From positions 4,206 to 68,205 of the forward strand of contig CAZGRM010000001.1 in NCBI GenBank assembly GCA_964528295.1: a stretch of DNA of 64,000 nt, written 5' to 3'. Source of the DNA: an uncultured Lachnospiraceae bacterium. GTDB taxonomy: Bacteria; Bacillota; Clostridia; Lachnospirales; Lachnospiraceae. How positions within the stretch are numbered: the stretch's first letter is position 1; each line of letters opens with the position of its first letter. The translations under genes and the position numbers were made by a program. The notes under the pieces are model-generated. The model was not told the DNA's origin, searched no databases, and saw only the letters and a list, made by a program, of their open reading frames with translations. This document shows positions 9,337-18,999 of the stretch, one piece after another.

Positions 9337-10365
9337 TTATGACGCGCTGTTCAGCTCCCGGATCATATCCTGAGCGGCCCGCTCAGAGTCATAATCCGAA
9401 GACTGCGCCAGCTGATAACCATTGTGCCCGTAAATAGCAATAACCTCTTTTCCCTCATCCGTGTTTCCGATATTGATGAACGCGTCCGCCAGGGCGGCTT
9501 TGAACTCATCGTCCATAATCGGGGAGGTCTTGCTTACACTGATGGTATCGTTATAAATCGCCGGGGTGACTCCCACCACCGCGGTGTCTTCCCAGATACT
9601 GTTTTCCATCGCGTATTCACTGTTCCATTTCTCCTCATAATCCCGGCGGGCATCGGCATAGGTGCACAGTACATCCACCTGACCGGAGGCCAGACGAGCG
9701 AAAGCGCTTCCGTAGGAATCCGACTGAACCGCGTGGGAAAGCTGTGTAATGTTCGTCCCGTAATTCTCCTGCAGCCAGAGAGAAGGATAAATATATCCGG
9801 CCGGAGAGGAGGAGCCCATCACGCTCCAGTTCGCGCTGTCAACATCTTCCCAGGTCAGCTCTTCCCCCGCGTTCACCTTCGCCGCCAGCTCCTGTCCCTT
9901 TTCCGAGGGGCCGGCAATCATCAGAGCCCGATAGCTGGTGGCCTGATTTTCGCTGGGCTGGGTAGGCGCCTGATCATTCCAGTCCTTTGCGCTGTCAGAG
10001 TCGATGGAAAGTCCGTCTCTCGTGGCTGTCAGCAGCACATCACAGCCGTCATCATAGAGCACATAGGTGCCTCCCGGGATCAGTCCCACATCTGCGGTAC
10101 CCGCCGACAGGGCCTCACCTACCGCCTCATAGCTGGTGCCCACTGTGATATCCACCTCCGCCACGTCATAGCCCAGGGTTGCCAGCTCACTGGTGAGCAT
10201 GTCCTTCAGGGGCTCCGTAGCCGTGATGATCTCCTCCGGTTCCCGGGACGGTACAAAGGAGATCGTCAGCTTGCTGATCTGCTGATTCTCCTCCGCGCAG
10301 GCCGGAACCGCAATTTCCACACACATTGCCGCCGCCACCAACACTGAAATTGCTTTTTTCATCAT
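9337..10365 (-). CDS. phnD: Phosphonate/phosphate-ester ABC substrate-binding protein
   Basis: Signal peptide, FVPS, SYEAVGEAL, SSPAGYIYP, IYND; adjacent to phnC. Confidence 0.88.
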   Translation of the reverse strand: MMKKAISVLVAAAMCVEIAVPACAEENQQISKLTISFVPSREPEEIITATEPLKDMLTSELATLGYDVAEVDITVGTSYEAVGEALSAGTADVGLIPGGTYVLYDDGCDVLLTATRDGLSIDSDSAKDWNDQAPTQPSENQATSYRALMIAGPSEKGQELAAKVNAGEELTWEDVDSANWSVMGSSSPAGYIYPSLWLQENYGTNITQLSHAVQSDSYGSAFARLASGQVDVLCTYADARRDYEEKWNSEYAMENSIWEDTAVVGVTPAIYNDTISVSKTSPIMDDEFKAALADAFINIGNTDEGKEVIAIYGHNGYQLAQSSDYDSERAAQDMIRELNSAS

Positions 10366-10450
10366 TCTTCCTCCTGTTTTTTGTTTGTGGTCTTCCGCTA
10401 CACGTTTTCTATCGCGTTTTTATATTGAAGGGATTTTGCCGTTCAACCCG

Positions 10451-11428
10451 TCACGCGGTGTCCCCGATCCTGATATGGGTCGGCACCAGCACAGTGACCG
10501 CCTGGGTTCTCTTTTTCTCGATGCGCCCGATCAGCATCTCCAGCGCGTTTTCCCAGACGTAATCCGGGAACATTTCAATGCGGGTGCCGGTGGGCCACTT
10601 ACTCTCCAAGGTCTGGATATCCTGATAGATGATCACCGCCACATCCTTGGGAATCCGCAGTCCCAGCTCGCTGAAGGCCTCCAGCGCTCCCTCGGCCACC
10701 TCGTCGCTGCCCAGCAGCATGGCCTCGGCCAGAGCGCCATTTTCCGCGGCCGCTTTGGCCAGGGCATAGCCGCTCTCCCGGCTGATTTCCCCCACATGGA
10801 AATATCTTTCCTCATACTGATTTCTCTTTTTCAAAATGTTTGCCAGTCCGTTCAGACGGTGGCCGCCGATTCTCACATTCCCCTCCTCATAGAGGCCTCC
10901 GATATAGCCGACGCTGGCATACCGTTTCCTGTCCAGGAGATACCTTACCATCTCCTCCAGCCCCAGATCAAAGTCCAGCTGCACCTGATCATTCTCATAA
11001 TCCTTCTGATTGGAATTTACAAACACCACCGCAAAGGACAGGGACCGCAGAAACAGAATCTCCTCCTCGCTGAACAGCCCGAAGGCGATGATGCCGTCCA
11101 CCGGCTGGGGCTCCCCAAAGGTGAGCCGCTGAAAGGCCACCTCGTACTGAGGCGTCATGAGCTCCAGCATACAGGCCAGTGAGGACAGCCTCACATTGGG
11201 CCGGTCCGGCCGGATAATCCTCCAGTCCGCCACCCCAATGACCAGCTTCTGCCTTCCGCTGGCCTCCCTGCGCTGCCTGGGCGGCATATAATTCAGCTGA
11301 TGCGCGGCATGAAAGATCCGCATTTTCACCTCGTTCGTCACAGATAAGGTTTCATCCCGGTTCAATACCCGGGACACTGTGGTCAATGACACCCCCGCAA
11401 GGCTCGCCACTTCTTTAATCGTCGCCAA
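10451..11428 (-). CDS. LacI-family (EbgR-like) transcriptional regulator
   Basis: MATIKEVA...VSRVLNRDETLSV HTH; TTG start with RBS. Confidence 0.92.
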   Translation of the reverse strand: MATIKEVASLAGVSLTTVSRVLNRDETLSVTNEVKMRIFHAAHQLNYMPPRQRREASGRQKLVIGVADWRIIRPDRPNVRLSSLACMLELMTPQYEVAFQRLTFGEPQPVDGIIAFGLFSEEEILFLRSLSFAVVFVNSNQKDYENDQVQLDFDLGLEEMVRYLLDRKRYASVGYIGGLYEEGNVRIGGHRLNGLANILKKRNQYEERYFHVGEISRESGYALAKAAAENGALAEAMLLGSDEVAEGALEAFSELGLRIPKDVAVIIYQDIQTLESKWPTGTRIEMFPDYVWENALEMLIGRIEKKRTQAVTVLVPTHIRIGDTA

Positions 11429-11496
11429 TTCCTTTCCTCCCTGCCTTTCCCTGTAATTTCATTATATCGGTAAATAGAAAAAACGCAATAGTTTTC

Positions 11497-11521
11497 GATA
11501 AAATTTTACTAAATTTTTACT
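11497..11521 (-). promoter_or_regulatory. Putative EbgR/LacI-type operator
   Basis: Minus strand AGTAAAAATTTAGTAAAATTTTATC resembles the AGTAAAATTTTACT palindrome of EbgR-like repressors, upstream of the regulator. Confidence 0.5.
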
Positions 11522-11591
11522 CATGTGTGGAATTGTATAAAAATACGGCAGGAGGGATGCTCCTGCCGCATTCACATCACGGTAATTCCGT

Positions 11592-13253
11592 TTACAGTCC
11601 CCGGTATCTCTGGATGCAGGCCAGAATTTCCTGGACCCGGACCTTGGCGGAAGGGCCGGCGCCGTAGTTCCTGGGGGTGACGGAGAGGATGCCCTCCCGC
11701 TCGATTTTCTCCGCCGCCTCCCTGGCCAGCTCGTCAGACCGCTTTTTGCCGTTGGCCATGGTGGTGAAGACGTACTGAAGGATATAGCCCAGGGCGGCGG
11801 TCTGGCTCTCGTCCACGATCTGCTCCATGTAGCGCAGGTCGATCTCGGATTTGTCCAGGCTCAGGGTATCCCAGCCGTGCACCCGGACCTTTTCCACGGA
11901 CGCGCGGGCCACGCTCTTGCGGACCCACTGGGCGGGAGCCGCCTGCTCCTCGGTCAGGGTCTGAGCCAGAGCTCTGGCCTTCTCCGTCACATCCAGCGCC
12001 CGGTAGCAGTCCATCTGCAGTACGGTGTCGGCCACGGAGAGATAGTCGCCGGAGCTTCCCGCCACCAGCACGGTGGAGACGCCCAGATCGGTGTAGAGGC
12101 TTCGGATCTTCCGAATGAAGGGGGTGATGGGCTCCTTCTCGTCGGAGACCAGCTGAGCCATCCGCATATCCCGCACCATGAAATTGGTGGCGGAGGTGTC
12201 CTCATCGATGAGCAGCACCCGGCTGCCCACCGCCAGAGCCTCCACCGTGTTGGCCGCCTGGGAGGTGCTGCCGCTGGCGTTCTCTGTGGAGAAATTCTTT
12301 GTGTTGGCCCGGGTGGGAAGGTTGCTGATAAACATAGAGATGTCCACCCCGTGGATGCTCCTGCCCTCCTCCGCCCGCAGCTTGAAGGCGGTCTCATCGG
12401 TGATGACGTACTCCCGGCCGTCCCCGGCGATGTGATTGTAGACGCCCCGCTCCAGCGCCTTCAAAAGGGTGGATTTGCCGTGGAAGCCGCCTCCCGCAAT
12501 CACCGTGATGCCCCGGCGGATCCCCATTCCCCGCAGCTTCCCGTGATGGGGAAGCTCCAGCGTCACAGCCAGGCTCTCGGGGCTCTCAAAGGCCACCGCG
12601 TCCTCCATCCTTCTCTGAGAGATCCCGCTCTCCCGGGGCAGGACAGAGCCGTCGGCCACGAAGGCCGCCAGCCCCAGCCGCTCCAGCTCCTGCCGGATAA
12701 AGAGCTGGTCATCCGCCAGATACACCGCGGTCTCCAGCTCCCTTCTGAGCTGGGGCTGCATCCGAAAGGCCCGGTCCGCCACCTGGGGAAGCACCTCAAA
12801 AAGGATCTCCTCCAGCTCCCCCGCGGCTATGGTTCTGCCGTAGGCCGGGAAGCCCACCTCGATCCTGGCCTCGATGGCTGCCGGGGTGATACGCATGGCG
12901 GAGGTCTCCAGCACCTCCTGACCCGGGCGGCAGGCGGTCACCAGGCCGCTCTTGCCGGAGCCCCTGCGGCCGCCGCTGTTCACGGCCCGGAGGGTACGGT
13001 GAAAGCGGCGCAGCAGGTAGTCCTCGGCGGCGGTGCGGCGGTGGCCGCCCTCAAAGAGCTCCGCCGGGATATTTCTCTGGTTCTTATACACAATCCTGAC
13101 CCGGGAGGGTGTGGCGAAGGGATCCCCCTGCACATGGTCGATACAGAGCCGGTAGGCGCCGAACTCGTACTCTCCCTCCAGGACCTTGTAGGCCTTATAT
13201 CCCTTGTGATCGATTTGCTTTAACTGTCTTCTCAACTCTTCACTGGTTTTCAT
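11592..13253 (-). CDS. ABC-ATPase domain protein (stand-alone P-loop family)
   Basis: DHVQGDPFA, GGGFHGKSTLL, NASGSTSQAAN, LLIDEDTSATNFM. Confidence 0.88.
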   Translation of the reverse strand: MKTSEELRRQLKQIDHKGYKAYKVLEGEYEFGAYRLCIDHVQGDPFATPSRVRIVYKNQRNIPAELFEGGHRRTAAEDYLLRRFHRTLRAVNSGGRRGSGKSGLVTACRPGQEVLETSAMRITPAAIEARIEVGFPAYGRTIAAGELEEILFEVLPQVADRAFRMQPQLRRELETAVYLADDQLFIRQELERLGLAAFVADGSVLPRESGISQRRMEDAVAFESPESLAVTLELPHHGKLRGMGIRRGITVIAGGGFHGKSTLLKALERGVYNHIAGDGREYVITDETAFKLRAEEGRSIHGVDISMFISNLPTRANTKNFSTENASGSTSQAANTVEALAVGSRVLLIDEDTSATNFMVRDMRMAQLVSDEKEPITPFIRKIRSLYTDLGVSTVLVAGSSGDYLSVADTVLQMDCYRALDVTEKARALAQTLTEEQAAPAQWVRKSVARASVEKVRVHGWDTLSLDKSEIDLRYMEQIVDESQTAALGYILQYVFTTMANGKKRSDELAREAAEKIEREGILSVTPRNYGAGPSAKVRVQEILACIQRYRGL

Positions 13254-13257
13254 TTCT

Positions 13258-14232
13258 TCATGCTCCTTCTGTCTCATTCCATTGCTTTTTTATGTCATCC
13301 ATCAAACGCATGACCCTCAGTGTGTGGGCGTGGGGCATCTCCTCACACTCCAGCCGCCCCTGCTCCAGGGCCCGCTTGCAGGCCAGCACCTCGTACTCGT
13401 AGCCGGAGATCTGATGGGGCCGCTCTATGGTCTCCACCAGCTCATATCGATTGTTATAGATATGGAAGGCCTCATAATTGTTGATATTGTCTACCACAAT
13501 ATAGCCCTCCGTGCCGTAAATCTGTCCCTTCCGGTCTGTGGTGGCCTCCATGGTATTGAAAAGGCCGGCCATCGTGCCGTCAGGGTACACCAGATTGACA
13601 AACTCCTGCTTGTCCACGCCGGTATCATGCTTCACCATGGAGGTGGTAAAGCTTTCGATCTCATCTCCCAATACCCAGGTGGCAAAATTCAGCGTGTACA
13701 CACCGAGATCCAGCAGCGCTCCCCCTGCCAGCTCCGGGCGCACCAGACGCTCCACGCGCGTCAGAGAATAGCCCAGGTTGGCAGTGAGCCCTGTCACCCG
13801 GCCGATTCTCCCGGAGGCGATGATTTCCTTCAGCATAACGGACATGGGCATATACCGCACCCACATGGCCTCCGTGATAAATACCTTCTTCTCCTCGGCC
13901 AAAGCGATCAGCTCCTCAGCCTGGGCCCCGTTCCAGGTAAAGGCTTTCTCGCACAGCACCGGACGGCCATGCCGGACGCAGAGCTTCGCGTGCTCAAAAT
14001 GATGGGAGTGGGGTGTGGCAATATACACCAGATCCACCTGATCGTCCTCCAGCATTTCCTCATAGCTGCCGTAGCACCGCTTTGCCCCGAATTTTTCTCC
14101 AAACCGCCGCGCCCGCTCCTGATCCCGGGAGGCCACGGCGTACAGATTGACCTCCTCCATCTCCCGCACGGTGGCTGCCATAGTGGAGGCGATCCCTCCC
14201 GCCCCCAAAATCGCCAGATTCAGCTTGTCCAT
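13258..14232 (-). CDS. Gfo/Idh/MocA oxidoreductase
   Basis: GAGGIA, YIATPHSHH, LCEKAF, GGALLDLGVY. Confidence 0.92.
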   Translation of the reverse strand: MDKLNLAILGAGGIASTMAATVREMEEVNLYAVASRDQERARRFGEKFGAKRCYGSYEEMLEDDQVDLVYIATPHSHHFEHAKLCVRHGRPVLCEKAFTWNGAQAEELIALAEEKKVFITEAMWVRYMPMSVMLKEIIASGRIGRVTGLTANLGYSLTRVERLVRPELAGGALLDLGVYTLNFATWVLGDEIESFTTSMVKHDTGVDKQEFVNLVYPDGTMAGLFNTMEATTDRKGQIYGTEGYIVVDNINNYEAFHIYNNRYELVETIERPHQISGYEYEVLACKRALEQGRLECEEMPHAHTLRVMRLMDDIKKQWNETEGA

Positions 14233-14464
14233 TTCGTTCTCCTTTCTATTGATGACGTTTCCCCCGTGATATATCCTATTTTTGTACGCTGACAGTATAA
14301 CACAAAGTTTCCGGTTTTGCGACTGGAAGTAGGGAAGAAAATAAGTCACTGTCCGGGCGGCCGCGACAGCTTTCCCCTTGACGATCGTTCCAATCTATTG
14401 TAAACCTGTCCCATACGCATTTATTTCAGTCAATGCAAGAAAGATAAGAGGAAAGGAAAAAAGT

Positions 14465-15424
14465 ATGCATAACCTGATTACGATTCTGCTGTTTCTGCTG
14501 GGGATTGTTCTCATCGTGAAGGGCGGGGATATCTTTGTGGATTCGGCCACCTGGATCGCGGAGATATCCGGGATTCCCAAGTTTATTATAGGGGCCACCA
14601 TCGTAAGCTTCGCCACCACCTTGCCGGAGCTGCTGGTCTCCCTGATCGCCTCGGCCCAGGGCAAGACCGACATGGCCATCGGAAACGCCATCGGCTCCGT
14701 CACCGCCAATGTGGGGCTGATTATGGCGATCTCGATCGTCTGTATTCCCGGCGTCATGCGCCGGTCAAAGCTGGCCTTCCAGGCAGTGCTGCTGCTGATT
14801 ATCGTAGGTCTGCTCTGTATCTTTTCGGCCAACGGGGCCGTGACCGTGGCGGAGGGCCTGGTGCTGCTGGTGCTGTTCGCGGTATTTATCTGGAGAAATA
14901 TCGGGGACGCCAAGAAGTCCATGAAGGAGGAGAAGGAGGCCAAGGTCCTCCCGGAAAAGAAGGCCGTAATTCGAAATGTGGCGGGATTTTTCCTTGGCGC
15001 CGCCGGGATCGTGGCCGGAGCCCAGCTGCTGGTGGACAACGGCAGTGAGCTGGCCCGGATGATCGGGGTGCCGGAGAGCATCATTGGCGTGACGCTGATT
15101 GCGGTGGGTACCTCCCTGCCGGAGCTGGTGACCACCGTGACAGCCATCGCGAAGAAGCAGTCCTCTCTGTCGGTGGGAAATATTGTGGGAGCGAATATTA
15201 TTGATTCCTCGATTATCCTGCCGCTGTGCGCCATGGTTTCCCGGGGAAGCCTGCCGGTGGCCAGGCAGTCCATGATTTTGGATATGCCCTTCTGTCTGGT
15301 GATCCTGGCCATCGGGCTGATCCCCACCATGATCCGGGAAAAGTTTTCCCGAATCCAGGGAATTGTGCTGCTGGCGGTCTATGTAATTTACCTGATCCTG
15401 GTCTGCACGGGAGCGGCCGGATAA
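14465..15424 (+). CDS. Ca2+/Na+ antiporter (YrbG/CaCA family)
   Basis: Two alpha repeats ATTLPE...GNAIGS and GTSLPE...GNIVGAN; about 10 TM segments. Confidence 0.92.
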   Translation: MHNLITILLFLLGIVLIVKGGDIFVDSATWIAEISGIPKFIIGATIVSFATTLPELLVSLIASAQGKTDMAIGNAIGSVTANVGLIMAISIVCIPGVMRRSKLAFQAVLLLIIVGLLCIFSANGAVTVAEGLVLLVLFAVFIWRNIGDAKKSMKEEKEAKVLPEKKAVIRNVAGFFLGAAGIVAGAQLLVDNGSELARMIGVPESIIGVTLIAVGTSLPELVTTVTAIAKKQSSLSVGNIVGANIIDSSIILPLCAMVSRGSLPVARQSMILDMPFCLVILAIGLIPTMIREKFSRIQGIVLLAVYVIYLILVCTGAAG

Positions 15425-15448
15425 CCTCCTTGCAAAAAGCCTGGACAA

Positions 15449-15509
15449 CAAAAACACTCCCGTTCTGATCCGGCCCCGGCGGCTTCGGATCGGAACGGGA
15501 GTGTTTTTG
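15449..15509. terminator. Bidirectional intrinsic terminator
   Basis: CAAAAACACTCCCGTTCTGATCC...GGATCGGAACGGGAGTGTTTTTG between convergent genes. Confidence 0.85.
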
Positions 15510-15520
15510 CTGTCTCCGGC

Positions 15521-15937
15521 TCACTTTCCCCAGCGCATGTAGAAGTATGCCAGGCTGCCCAGGGTCTTGCCCACAGCCAGGGTAATCACGATCCAGCTCG
15601 TCCCCTTGGTGATGCCCAGGCGCCGGCAATAAACGGGGAAGACGTTGACGATCTCCGCCAGAGCCATGATCCATCCTCCCACAAAGATCCCCATAAACAC
15701 GCCGGACACCGCCGGCACCCAGGCGCCGATGGGAAGCTGAACCTGGAAGGTGGTGAGGACGGTGCCGATAACGGCTCCCAGCAAAATCGCGTCCTCATAG
15801 CCCGCAATGTGGGCCGCCGTCTTTGAGATTCCGATGAAGCGGGTGATGATACCCAGGCCCACCATCAGGGCCACCACGCCGCCCGCCACGATAAACCCGC
15901 CGGAAAATCCTATTAACGCAACCAAAAACTGTCCCAT
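15521..15937 (-). CDS. spoVAB: Stage V sporulation protein AB
   Basis: 4-TM protein with GIITRF, YEDAILLG, GIFVG...ALAE..NVFP, GKTLGSL. Confidence 0.88.
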   Translation of the reverse strand: MGQFLVALIGFSGGFIVAGGVVALMVGLGIITRFIGISKTAAHIAGYEDAILLGAVIGTVLTTFQVQLPIGAWVPAVSGVFMGIFVGGWIMALAEIVNVFPVYCRRLGITKGTSWIVITLAVGKTLGSLAYFYMRWGK

Positions 15938-15985
15938 TCCTTTCCCTCCTATGTTTTCTTTCTTCCGGTAACTGGCGCGGCCGCC

Positions 15986-16603
15986 TTACTGACTCTTTTC
16001 CTTCCGGTTTCCCGACTCAATCAGCGTGGTGTCGATCTCATCCTCGTAGGTCCGCATCTCCACCTCCAGAGGAGTGGGATCGGTTCCTCCCTTTTTCTTC
16101 GCAAAATGGTGGAAAAAGATCAAAATTCCCAGACCCACTCCCACGGAGTAAGAGATCTCCAGCAGGGTAAAGCCGTTGGAGGTCTGTCCCGTAAAGGTCT
16201 CATAGAGCTGTCCGAAAAGCTTTGTGATGTCGATATCGTTGTTGAAGGACATGATGGAAAATGCCGCCCCGAAAAAAGCGAGTACACAGACCAGCGCGGT
16301 CTTTCCCCAGCTCAGGGCATCCGAGAGCTTATTTTCCTTTTCCACCGTAATGATGAAGTCCGCCTCCCCCAGATTGTTGATCTCCAGGGTGGGATATTCC
16401 TTTTGGATGGCTCTGATCACATCCAGCACGGAAAAGACGTACCGCCCCGGCCCCTTGATGACCTCGGTGGGCAGCCGCAGTGTCTTTACTTTATTCTCAA
16501 TAGCCTTTGTGCCGCAGTTGATCTCAGCGATATCCCCAAGATGTACCTGGCCATTCCGGGCCTGGACGTTTTTGTCAATTTTCAGATACAGGGTGTCACT
16601 CAT
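15986..16603 (-). CDS. spoVAA: Stage V sporulation protein AA
   Basis: MSDTLYLK, FFGAAFSIMSFNND, YSVGVGLG, DPTPLEVEMRTYE. Confidence 0.9.
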   Translation of the reverse strand: MSDTLYLKIDKNVQARNGQVHLGDIAEINCGTKAIENKVKTLRLPTEVIKGPGRYVFSVLDVIRAIQKEYPTLEINNLGEADFIITVEKENKLSDALSWGKTALVCVLAFFGAAFSIMSFNNDIDITKLFGQLYETFTGQTSNGFTLLEISYSVGVGLGILIFFHHFAKKKGGTDPTPLEVEMRTYEDEIDTTLIESGNRKEKSQ

Positions 16604-16811
16604 AATTCCACGCCTCCTCCGCCAGCCCGGAGATCCCATGCCGGATATTATCCTCCGCTTCCTCCCATGTGCCTCTCCCTTTTTCCAAGTACGCCAGCAC
16701 CGCATTTCCCTCCGGCCTTCCGTTCCTGCCGGCCATATACCATACCGCCCCGGCGCAGATCGCCAGTAAAGCCAGGAGGATCACATACTTTCTTATCCCT
16801 TTACGATTCAC
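16596..16811 (-). CDS. Small single-TM hypothetical protein upstream of spoVAA
   Basis: Basic N-terminus plus hydrophobic helix; stop overlaps the spoVAA start; GGAG RBS. Confidence 0.6.
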   Translation of the reverse strand: MNRKGIRKYVILLALLAICAGAVWYMAGRNGRPEGNAVLAYLEKGRGTWEEAEDNIRHGISGLAEEAWNYE

Positions 16812-16886
16812 TTCTCCCGCATCCTTTCCGCCCGGCCGGATTTCCTTACTTTTTCGGGCACAAAAAAACCGGGCTCTTCACCCGGT

Positions 16887-16915
16887 TATTATGCCCTGAT
16901 TGCCAGGGGTTATGC
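16887..16915 (-). promoter_or_regulatory. Forespore SigG/SigF-type promoter
   Basis: Minus strand GCATA-N17-CATAATA upstream of the small gene-spoVAA-spoVAB unit. Confidence 0.65.
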
Positions 16916-17419
16916 TCTATTTTTTACAACCCTGCTGTCCGTCCGCCGTGAAAATTTCGCGAACTGCTCTTCTGAAAAATATTTTCGTCTCAGATACCGG
17001 AGCAGGCTGATTTCTCCCGCAAATTCCAGGTCCTTTTCCTCCTGGGGCCATACGGCGGTGCCCTGCCAGCCGGCCCGCATTCTGGTCTCTACCAGGATGT
17101 CAAAGTAGTCCAAACGTCCGGTCTGCTCCCGGATCACCTCGGTGAGGCGGTCCGTTTGATTTATCAGGGGAAGACTGGCAAGCCCGGTCTTTTCTGTCTT
17201 TTCCCGGAAGCTTCTCTTCTCATTAAACGCCTGGGGATAGTCCTCCTCGTCAAACATCCGGTCCGCCCACAGCAGCAGCTCCCCGCAGTTTTTAAACTCC
17301 ACGCAGCCTCCGGCAATTCTGCTGTAGATTCTCCCCTGAAGATCCCGGTCGCAGCCATCGATACACACCCGAATCCCGTTCAGCGGATACATTTTATCCT
17401 TCCACACATTGTGATACAT
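16910..17419 (-). CDS. Hypothetical protein with two copies of an approximately 45-aa (W/L)QG..F...ELL domain
   Basis: IRVCIDG..LQGRIY...F.NCGELL and FDILVE....WQGTAVW......F.GEISLL, similar to the 63-aa protein at 18630. Confidence 0.75.
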   Translation of the reverse strand: MYHNVWKDKMYPLNGIRVCIDGCDRDLQGRIYSRIAGGCVEFKNCGELLLWADRMFDEEDYPQAFNEKRSFREKTEKTGLASLPLINQTDRLTEVIREQTGRLDYFDILVETRMRAGWQGTAVWPQEEKDLEFAGEISLLRYLRRKYFSEEQFAKFSRRTDSRVVKNRA

Positions 17420-17454
17420 GATCCTTCTCTCTCCTTTTCCTTCTCCGGGAAATG

Positions 17455-18642
17455 TCAGTTTCCCGCCTCCTTCAGCTCATAGCAAAGCTCCAGATGCTTC
17501 CTGCCGATCCGTCCCCGGAACTCCCTTCGCAGCCGCTCCACCACGGTCACACAGCCCTCCTGGGAGCACATGGACAGCAGAAGAAGAAACTGGACCTGTC
17601 CATACCGGGCGGCCACATCCCCCTTCCGCAGATGCCATCGGAGCACATCCTCCAGAATGTCCATCTCCCCGGCAAGCTCCTCCTTCTCCGGCGTTTTTCC
17701 CCGGGCCCGCCCCGTCCGGCGAAGCGTCAGCAGCACCAGGTAGGCGGAGATCCCCGCCCGAGGCAGACGACGCGTTTCCAGATGGTAGATCTGGCAGAAC
17801 ATCTGATAGCTGCAAAGAAAGGCTCCGTCCGGGACAGGCTGGTCATTGATCTTTTTCAGCACGGAGTTGATATTATCCCTGGTTCTCTCCGCCTCCGGCA
17901 TCAGACCTTCGTACACATGCTTCAGCTTTTCCGGATAAAAGATCCCCATGGAATCATAAAAGAGCTGGTTGACCTTCTCATAGTACAGCGGCACCATATC
18001 ATATTTTTCCCGCCGGTAGAGGCTGATCAGCATCCAGCAGTGGAGCTCCTCATCCATCGGGTTTTCATCCAGTCCCTTCCGGCACAGGGCGCCCAGCTCC
18101 TCCCAGTTTTTCTCCTGCTCACAGCAGGCGCACAGCCGCTTTAACGCATCAATATACGCGGACTGATACCAGGTGACCTTGGGCAGAATCCAGGGCTCCC
18201 CCGCCAGCTTAGCAGTGATATTCCCCTGATAACAGGAGATCAGCTCCCGGCATAGTCCCTTCTGCTCCAAGAGCCGCCTGCCCGGCCCCCGCAGAGCCGC
18301 CGCCAGCTCCTCAAACACCTCATAATCCGTCTCCACCGGGATCTCCGGGTTCCACTGATAGGCCTCGGGAAAGGTGCGGATAAACTGCTCCTCCCCAAAA
18401 AGCTTCAGCGCCGACCTCAGCCGGAACATCAGATTTCTCAGTGCGATCTCCGGATTTTTCTTCGAATCATCCTCCCAGAACAGTTCAATGAGCTTCCGGT
18501 GGGTCTGGGGAGCGTCCCGATAGATCAACAGATACGCCAGCACCCGCAGAATCTTGTTTGACCGGAGATTCTTTTCCTCCAGCACATGAAGCCCATCGCT
18601 CAAAGCAAAATTTCCGAACAGGCGCAGCTTCAGTTTTTCCAT
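17455..18642 (-). CDS. SARP-like regulator: winged helix + BTAD + degenerate GGDEF domain
   Basis: LRLFGNF, LLIYR, LIELFW, ALRNLMFRLR, YQG, PMDEELH; C-terminal RKGDVAARYGQVQF. Confidence 0.85.
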   Translation of the reverse strand: MEKLKLRLFGNFALSDGLHVLEEKNLRSNKILRVLAYLLIYRDAPQTHRKLIELFWEDDSKKNPEIALRNLMFRLRSALKLFGEEQFIRTFPEAYQWNPEIPVETDYEVFEELAAALRGPGRRLLEQKGLCRELISCYQGNITAKLAGEPWILPKVTWYQSAYIDALKRLCACCEQEKNWEELGALCRKGLDENPMDEELHCWMLISLYRREKYDMVPLYYEKVNQLFYDSMGIFYPEKLKHVYEGLMPEAERTRDNINSVLKKINDQPVPDGAFLCSYQMFCQIYHLETRRLPRAGISAYLVLLTLRRTGRARGKTPEKEELAGEMDILEDVLRWHLRKGDVAARYGQVQFLLLLSMCSQEGCVTVVERLRREFRGRIGRKHLELCYELKEAGN

Positions 18643-18821
18643 AGTTCCACACTGTTCCCCGGGTCCGCTTCTGTTTCCGGCATCGCAGACTCCAGCAGCG
18701 CCAGCAGCTCCATCACGCTGCGGAAGCTTTGCCGCTGTTTCCCCTGAATCCATTCCAGGCTTCCCTGCCAGTCCTGATTCTGGTCCCCGATAATTTCAAG
18801 CACAAAGGTTTGTTTCTTCAT
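18630..18821 (-). CDS. Small hypothetical protein (63 aa)
   Basis: TFVLEI....NQDWQGSLEW......SFRSVMELL; RBS GAGGGAGA; overlaps the regulator start. Confidence 0.75.
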   Translation of the reverse strand: MKKQTFVLEIIGDQNQDWQGSLEWIQGKQRQSFRSVMELLALLESAMPETEADPGNSVELWKN

Positions 18822-18934
18822 AATCTCCCTCCCTCTCACCGTTATGTTATTTCCATTTTTTTGAATTATACAAAAGCCTCGTTAGATTCTCGTTATATCT
18901 TCATAATAAAATAAGATTTTTTGTCAAAAATTTA

Positions 18935-18983
18935 AAAAACCACCGCAAAACGGACTCTTTCCTGCCCGTTTTGCGGCGGTTTT
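18935..18983 (-). terminator. Terminator of the mdh-hdr-flx-frd-fum operon
   Basis: AAAACCACCGCAAAACGG...CCGTTTTGCGGCGGTTTT stem with T-run on the minus strand. Confidence 0.8.
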
Positions 18984-18999
18984 CTCTTTCTTATCTTCT

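Noticed and set aside
6844-10365. Phosphonate catabolism operon
   Set aside because: No phnG-M, phnX or phnW in the window; neighbours are phosphoesterases
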